Source of the DNA: Eledone cirrhosa
Lineage: Eukaryota
DNA length: 64,000 nucleotides
Direction of reading: 5' to 3'
Assembly (NCBI GenBank): GCA_964016885.1
Contig: OZ024740.1
Location: forward strand, 258,168,001-258,232,000
Shown: positions 55,040 to 64,000 of the stretch, piece after piece
Layout: each line of letters opens with the position of its first letter
How positions within the stretch are numbered: position 1 is the stretch's first letter
The notes under the pieces: generated by a model
Database searches by the model: none
What the model saw: the letters and a program-made list of their open reading frames with translations, nothing else
Told to the model about the DNA's origin: nothing
Position numbers and translations under genes: made by a program

Positions 55040-57262
55040 TCGACGTGAGTGTGGGCGCCAGTGATTCTGCGGAGGTTACTGATCGTATCGGCCTTTTTCC
55101 TCCCCAAAGTGGGCGGTGGTTTGTACCGTGATGACGGTCTTTTGACCATGACAACGTGCGGCCCACGTGCTTGCAACAGGTTCAGAAAAGAACTCATCGC
55201 CTTCTTTAAAGGCTTCAACCTCTCCATACAGGTTGAGGCCAACATCTCGGTCGTTAATTACCTCGACGTTACACTCAATTTGTCGACTGGCTTGCACTAC
55301 CCGTAAAGAAAGCCGAATGATACGCTTAATTACATAAGTAAGCATTCTAACCATCCTGCCAGCATAACCAAGAACCTGATAAGAACGTTTCTTTGAGGCT
55401 TTCCCGTCTATCTACAAACGAGCATATTTTCAACGACCATTCCACATATTACAATGAAGCTCTTGCTCGGAGTGGATTTGTCGATAAGGTAGCTTATACA
55501 GAGTACGAGAATAGACCTAGGAAATATAGATCCCGATGCTTTATATGGTATAACCCACCATATAATATGGAGGTGGCCACACCATTAGCTAAGATCTTTC
55601 TCTCACTTATTATGAAGCATTTCCCCCAGCACATAATATAGTAACATTTTTAATAGAAATACCATTAAAATTTCTTACTCTACGACTTCTAAACTGGCAC
55701 ATACAATCACAGCTTCAAATTTATCTAAATTACCTAGCCGTAGGAACACGTGCAACCCTGTAGCTAGTACTAACTGTAATTGTAGGAATCAGGTTGACTG
55801 CACCCTATCCGGAAATGCCTCTCTAGTAACATTGTCTACAAATGTAAGGTTGAAACACCCACGTCCCATAGGGCCTACATAGCGTTAACCGCCAATGGAT
55901 TCAAGCAGCGTCTTTACATGCATACCCATTCTTTTCTTAACCCTTTAAGAAGGAATATGACGTCACTTTCAGCTTATATCTGGAGTCTAAATGAAAACCA
56001 CACCCAAATAAAAGTTACACTGAGAGATCCTAGCTAAAGCTACATCGTATAACGGAAATAAAAGACCATGTGACCTCTGCGCCGCTGAGGCCCTGGAAAT
56101 ACTCTACGCCAAAGACCACATCTTAAACAAAAAATCTGAGCCAATTTTGGCTTGTAAACATAAATTGCACAACACTTTCCTGTATTATACATTATACCTT
56201 ACATTATACCGTAACGGATAGTACGGACTATACGCGGATATTTTACGCCTTCATGTGGTAGCTAAGTATATGCTATGTTTATACCATTACTTATTTGTAT
56301 AGGTAAGTATATATTACCTGTATGTTTTGTGAAGGTACGTATACTTTCTCGTACGTATATTTGCTTGTATATGTTATGGCGTATATATTTGGTTATGTGC
56401 ATACGTGAGTTTCGCGTCTGTGTGAGTATGCGGGTTCGTACGTATGTAGGGTGTGTGTATATGTGTACTTTGTGTTTTGGTTGACGTATGCCCGCGAACA
56501 TATGTGTATTTACATGTAGGTATGTGTTTGCGCGCGTTATATACGTATTTATGTGTGTATATTTATATATATTATGTATACACGTACACCCACATACACA
56601 CATATATAAATATCTTTTTATATATATTTTTTATGAGTATTTGGTGTATACGTTCGTATGTGTGCGGGTACAGCCGTTGCGTGGGTTCTGTTTGTGCGTG
56701 CGTGTATTTTTTTTTTCGTGTGTACGTGCTTGTATTTGCATACCCATGGCGATTGTTTTCGCGTATGCTTGCGTACATACGTATATGGATGCGTGTATGT
56801 ATATATTTAATTTCAAATACATCTCTTTTTTACTTTATTCTTAACTCTGAAGCCGAGAATCATTCGGTTTCCTAAATAGTATTTTAGTCTGCTACTTCAG
56901 ATATACCATTTACGTGATTTTGTCTTTGCGTGTAAATATTTTCAACGTTACACATAATGACGTACTAACTTCGTTTTTTCCGTTCATTGCCAGAAAACGT
57001 CTCCATGGAGACGTGGTTTTGTCTTTGCGTGTAATTGTTTTCACTGCATCAAATAATGACGTATTATCGCTTTTTTCTGTTCTTTGCCAGGGAACATTTC
57101 CACGAACCAAAGTATCGTCTTCCTGTCTTCCTTCGGTTGCAACGTATTTAAAAATATTTACTTCTGCGTTCACAGATTGGCTTTTTTAGTTTCAGAAGAT
57201 CCCGTTAAAGGTGAAAGCAGCGATTCTTTGCTTACACTTTAATCTGTTATTTTAATAAATAT
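55040..57262 (+). mobile_element. Penelope-like element, 5'-truncated: RT C-terminus, GIY-YIG region, long pseudo-LTR
   Basis: GLYRDDGL, NYLDVTLNL, HSNHP, WYNPPYN, CNCR, NIVYKC, CDLCAAEALEIL, ACKH; stops and frameshifts. Confidence 0.85.
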
Positions 57263-57457
57263 ATATATATATATATATATATACAGAGTTAGAGAGTAAC
57301 CAATCTTAAAGAAAGAGATGGAGATAGGAGAGGAGAAGTGAGATTGGTGAATTAGCTAGAAGCCAAAGCGTAAAGGCATGTGCTCAATGTGCAATATGCA
57401 GTGGAATGCAACTAGGTGGCAGGGTTCATGCATAGGTTAGGTTCACAGAGCTGGAAA

Positions 57458-57554
57458 TATTCATTAGTTAAGTAAAACAAGACCACAAATTTCACAAGGA
57501 AGACATTATTAAAATATTGTCAACATAGTTTTAGTTTAATGTAAGGAATGTAGA

Positions 57555-57595
<41 letters not shown>

Positions 57596-59526
57596 TTAAT
57601 AATAATAATGTCCGTTTACAATTGTTTCGCTATTCCATATAATGTTTCTGGATGAAATGATTATAGATCATTATTGGTCTGGTTCAGTTGAAAATAATTA
57701 ACTTAGCTACAGTTAGAGCAGCTCATCGGAACTTCAAAAGGAATATAAATTAAAATAAAGAAAGAATGTTACATGAATGTAATGTTCCATATATTGGTAT
57801 TTCACTATGGTGTCCTGGGTATATCTATTGTCTGCCATAGTCAAGCAGTATTTTTCTGTCGAGGCTGAATTGTGTGAGATCTGCCTATGCGTAACAAGAT
57901 GGCCGCCACTGGACATATTTACCTTTCTAATTAGAGGGTGGTTTCAGGGGAAGTAACTACTCGAGAAATTAGAAATTGTGGGTAGTTTATAGTTAAGAAG
58001 TGCTAATTTTTTAATTGAGAGATAATGTAAGGGAGGTAACTTATAATTATCTAAGTTAGCTATAACTATTTAACTTATTAGCTATAAGTACAAATGGGGC
58101 TAGATGACTATGTTGGGTCAAATATTCTGTTGGCGAAGGAATTAGCCCTTCGATGTTGACAACTAATAGTTACCTCCGTTCTATCGTTAACCGGTAGAGG
58201 TCGTGATAGAGTTATGTAATATGCTTCGGTAAGACAGAGGTCACAAGAGTTTCTTCGTCGATTGAACGGTTGGGCCCTAGCCAAGATATCCCATGTTAGT
58301 GAGTGTTCAATGTTAGTTAATTTACTTCTCACTCCAAGTAACAAACTAAAAATCAACCCTAGAATAGGAATGAGCAATGGGATGACAAATAATAAATGCC
58401 CAGGTAATAATAACCCTATTACCGAAGCATATTAGATAACTCTATCACGACCTCTACTGATTAACGATAGAACAGATGTAACTATTAGCTGTCAACAACG
58501 AAGGGCTAATTCCTTCGCCAACAGAATATTTGACCCAACATAGTCATCTAACCCCATTTGTACTTATAGCTAATAAGTTAAATAGTTATAGCTAACTTAG
58601 ATAATTATAATTTACCTCCCTTACATTATCTCTCAATTAAAAAATTAGCACTTCTTAACTATAAACTACCCACAATTTCTAATTTCTCGAGGAGTTACTT
58701 CACCTGAAACCACCCTCTAATTAGTAAGGTCCATTGGCGGCCATCTTGTTACCCATAGGCAGATCTCACACAATTCAGCCTCGACAGAAGAATACTGCTC
58801 GACTATGGCAGAAGTGAAATACCGATATATGGAACATTACATTCATGTAACATTCTTTCTTTATTTTAATTTATATTCCTTTAGAAGTTCCGATGAGCTG
58901 CTCTAATTGTAGCTAAGTTAATTATTTTCAACTGAACCAGATCAAAAATGATCTATATCCATCTGATCCAGAAACATTATATGGAGTAGCGAAACAATTG
59001 TAAACGGACATTATTATTAGGGCGGTGGATTGGCAGTATCGGTATAGAGTCGGACACCATGCTTTGAAACATAGAGTTACGTCCCTTTATGATTCAAATC
59101 CCGCCGAGGTTAACTTTGACTTTCATCCTTACGGTGTCGATAAAATAAAGTACCAGTAATGCACTGGGTATTTGCTGGCCTTGTGCCAAATGTAGAAACA
59201 ATTATTATTAATATTATTATTATTATTATTATTGGTGGTGGATTGGCAGTATCGGTAGAGGGTCGGACGCCATGCTTTCCAGCATAGTTACGTCCCTCTA
59301 CGATCTGAGTTCAAATCCCGCCGAGGTTGACTTTGCCTTTCATCCTTACGGGGTCGATAAAATAAAGTACCAGTAATGCACTGGGTAATTGCTGGCCTTG
59401 TGCCTAAAGTAGAAACAATTATTATTATTATTATTCTCTACATTCCTTACATTAAACTAAAACTATGTTGACAATCTTTTAATAATGTCTTCCTTGTGAA
59501 AATTGTGGTCTTGTTTGCTTAACTAA

Positions 59527-59532
<6 letters not shown>
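57458..59532. mobile_element. Penelope-like 3' end as a large inverted repeat (~770-bp arms)
   Basis: 57458-58231 is the reverse complement of 58419-59532 excluding SINE inserts; ORF 58108-58377 reads LTWDILARAQPFN...CDLCLTEAYYI...CQH. Confidence 0.85.
59020..59420 (+). mobile_element. Two tandem full-length SINEs (59020-59201, 59234-59417) in (ATT)n
   Basis: A and B boxes, core, tails; absent from the opposite inverted-repeat arm. Confidence 0.92.
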
Positions 59533-59607
<75 letters not shown>

Positions 59608-59609
59608 CT

Positions 59610-62228
<2,619 letters not shown>

Positions 62229-62240
62229 ATCTCTATCTCT

Positions 62241-62346
<106 letters not shown>

Positions 62347-62367
62347 TTCTTTCTCTCTCTCTCTCTG

Positions 62368-62399
<32 letters not shown>

Positions 62400-62409
62400 C
62401 ATATATATA

Positions 62410-63040
62410 TTAATTTATTAAAATAACAGATTAAAGTTTAAGCAAAGAATCGCTGCTTTCACCCTTAACGGGATCTTCTGAAACTAACAAAGTCAATCTG
62501 TGAACGCAGAAGTGAATATTTCAAAAAACGTTGCAACCGAAGGAAGACAGGAAGACGATACTTTGGTTCGTGGAAACGTTTCCTGGCAAAGAACAGGAAA
62601 AAACGAATATAGTACGTCATTATTTGGAGCGGTGAAAAACAAATACACGCAAAGACAAAACCACGTTTATTGTATAAAAGAAGTCGTAGACTAATATTCT
62701 ATTAGGTGGTTCATAGAGACGTTCTCTGGCATTGAACGGAAAAACGAAGATAATACACCATATGTGGTGCGGGAGAACAATTGCACGCAAAGGCAAAACC
62801 ACGTAAATTGTATAACTGAAGTCTTAGACTAAAATTCTGACTAGGAAACCGAATGAGTTAAGAATAAAGTAAATAAATACAGAGGTAATTGAGATTAAAT
62901 AAATACATACAGGCATCCATATACGTACATACACAAGCATACGCGAAAACACTCGCCATAGGTATACAAATACACGCACGTACACACAGAAAAAAAAACC
63001 CAGCACGCACATACAGAACCCACGCAACGCCTGTACCCGC
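62410..63040 (-). repeat. Inverted copy of Penelope pseudo-LTR 56664-57262
   Basis: Matching spurious ORFs (MNAEVNI..VATEGRQEDDTLVRGNV) on opposite strands. Confidence 0.85.
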
Positions 63041-64000
63041 CAACATGGCGATCCTAAAAATAGGATGTATAAATGTTCGTGGCTTGTGATCGTTCTGGAA
63101 GCAGGATCACCTGCTCAACGACGTCAGGTCACTAGACATTTATGTGATTGCTGTCAGCAAGACCAGAATTTCCGACATGCACGCACTAACCTCCATTTTC
63201 GACCACTATCAGATCTTTGCATCTCTTAGTCAACCGGGAATGGGAGGTGGCGTTGCAGTGCTGTTTAGGAAAGGCTGCGTTCTCGAGGTAAGTTCGATCT
63301 CCGGGACCCGGACGGGACGTTGGTGGTTGTAGACGTGAACAATAGTGAAAGTGGTACCATAGCTAATGATGCGCAAACATGCGCGGAGCCTGCGGCATCT
63401 CCTGATATTCTGCCTGAAGTTCAACTGGTGTGGTCGCCGTTTGTGAGACAGGCCTTTCCGCAGCTCATCTCTTTGTCGACCTGAAGTCCTAGGTCAAAAA
63501 GAAACCGTGACTAGGCGCTTGGCATCTTGAGGTCTATAGAGAATTAAGGGTGGGCACTTAGAAAGGTTCTTGGCGTCGTGCAAGTCGAACTGACCTATAT
63601 GTTCCGGAGGACATTTGTGTCTGGGACAATGGATAACTTCCAGAACCCATCGCTTGTCAGAGGTACCGGGGGATACTGCCGGTTCCAGATAAACGGAAGT
63701 GCTGTTAGATAGACCTGCCCGAAATGCGCGCAGTGACGAAACCATTCTGCACGCTCATGTCTAGTGTCCGTGCATTGATGTCTTGTAGAGTTATGTCGTC
63801 AGCTGTTGTCGTGTGTAGAACGGATCCGGCTATCGATCGAGTCCATAGTGAAGTTCGACCCGCTGCCATCTTTTGGCCGGGAAGGGCAGGCTTTTTTCCT
63901 CTGCCTGGTGGTGGTAGCGAAAGTGTTGTGTTGTGGACCAGGTTGAAAGAACTGAAGACAGGCACTTTTCTCTTCGGCCAATCCCTCATCAACCTTTTCA
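63041..64000 (+). mobile_element. Decayed Tx1-family ORF2 with large internal deletion; runs off the window
   Basis: MAILKIGCINVRGL..., GGGVAVLFRKG, then jumps to the homolog of ~51050-51780. Confidence 0.8.

Noticed and set aside
57188-57228. Hammerhead-like CAGAAGA-TCCC..GGT-GAAAGCAGC (also ~2830, 35819, 62450)
   Set aside because: Core has U4A, no UH cleavage triplet and no stem I complementarity.
58886-58933. Hammerhead-like AGTT-CCGATGA-GCTGC..GTAGC-TAAG..TC-AACT
   Set aside because: Stems I and II are present but GAAA is replaced by TAAG in both arms; at best a dead relic.

Overview
AT-rich, microsatellite-laden eukaryotic (animal) DNA with no recognisable host gene. The tRNA-derived SINE with a Nin/Deu-type core resembles octopod SINEs, so a cephalopod origin is likely (inference). 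The window is almost entirely transposable elements: one near-intact L1/Tx1-clade LINE (46171-52172; intact 1139-aa APE-RT-CCHC ORF2) with several decayed relatives, R4/Dong, CRE, CR1 and RTE remnants, at least four Penelope-like elements with inverted pseudo-LTRs, Helitron pieces, Tigger-like MITEs and about 18 SINE copies. Main observations: (i) a conserved 52-53 nt GT-AG segment between LINE ORF1 and ORF2 whose removal fuses them in frame; (ii) at least six hammerhead ribozyme folds found by eye, some with very long stem II or a U-U pair at the base of stem II; (iii) an identically spaced 3' motif shared by the LINE and the SINE, with empty-site evidence for insertion into (ATT)n; (iv) a fold-back element whose hairpin differs between copies. 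All structures were assigned by eye; no searches were run.
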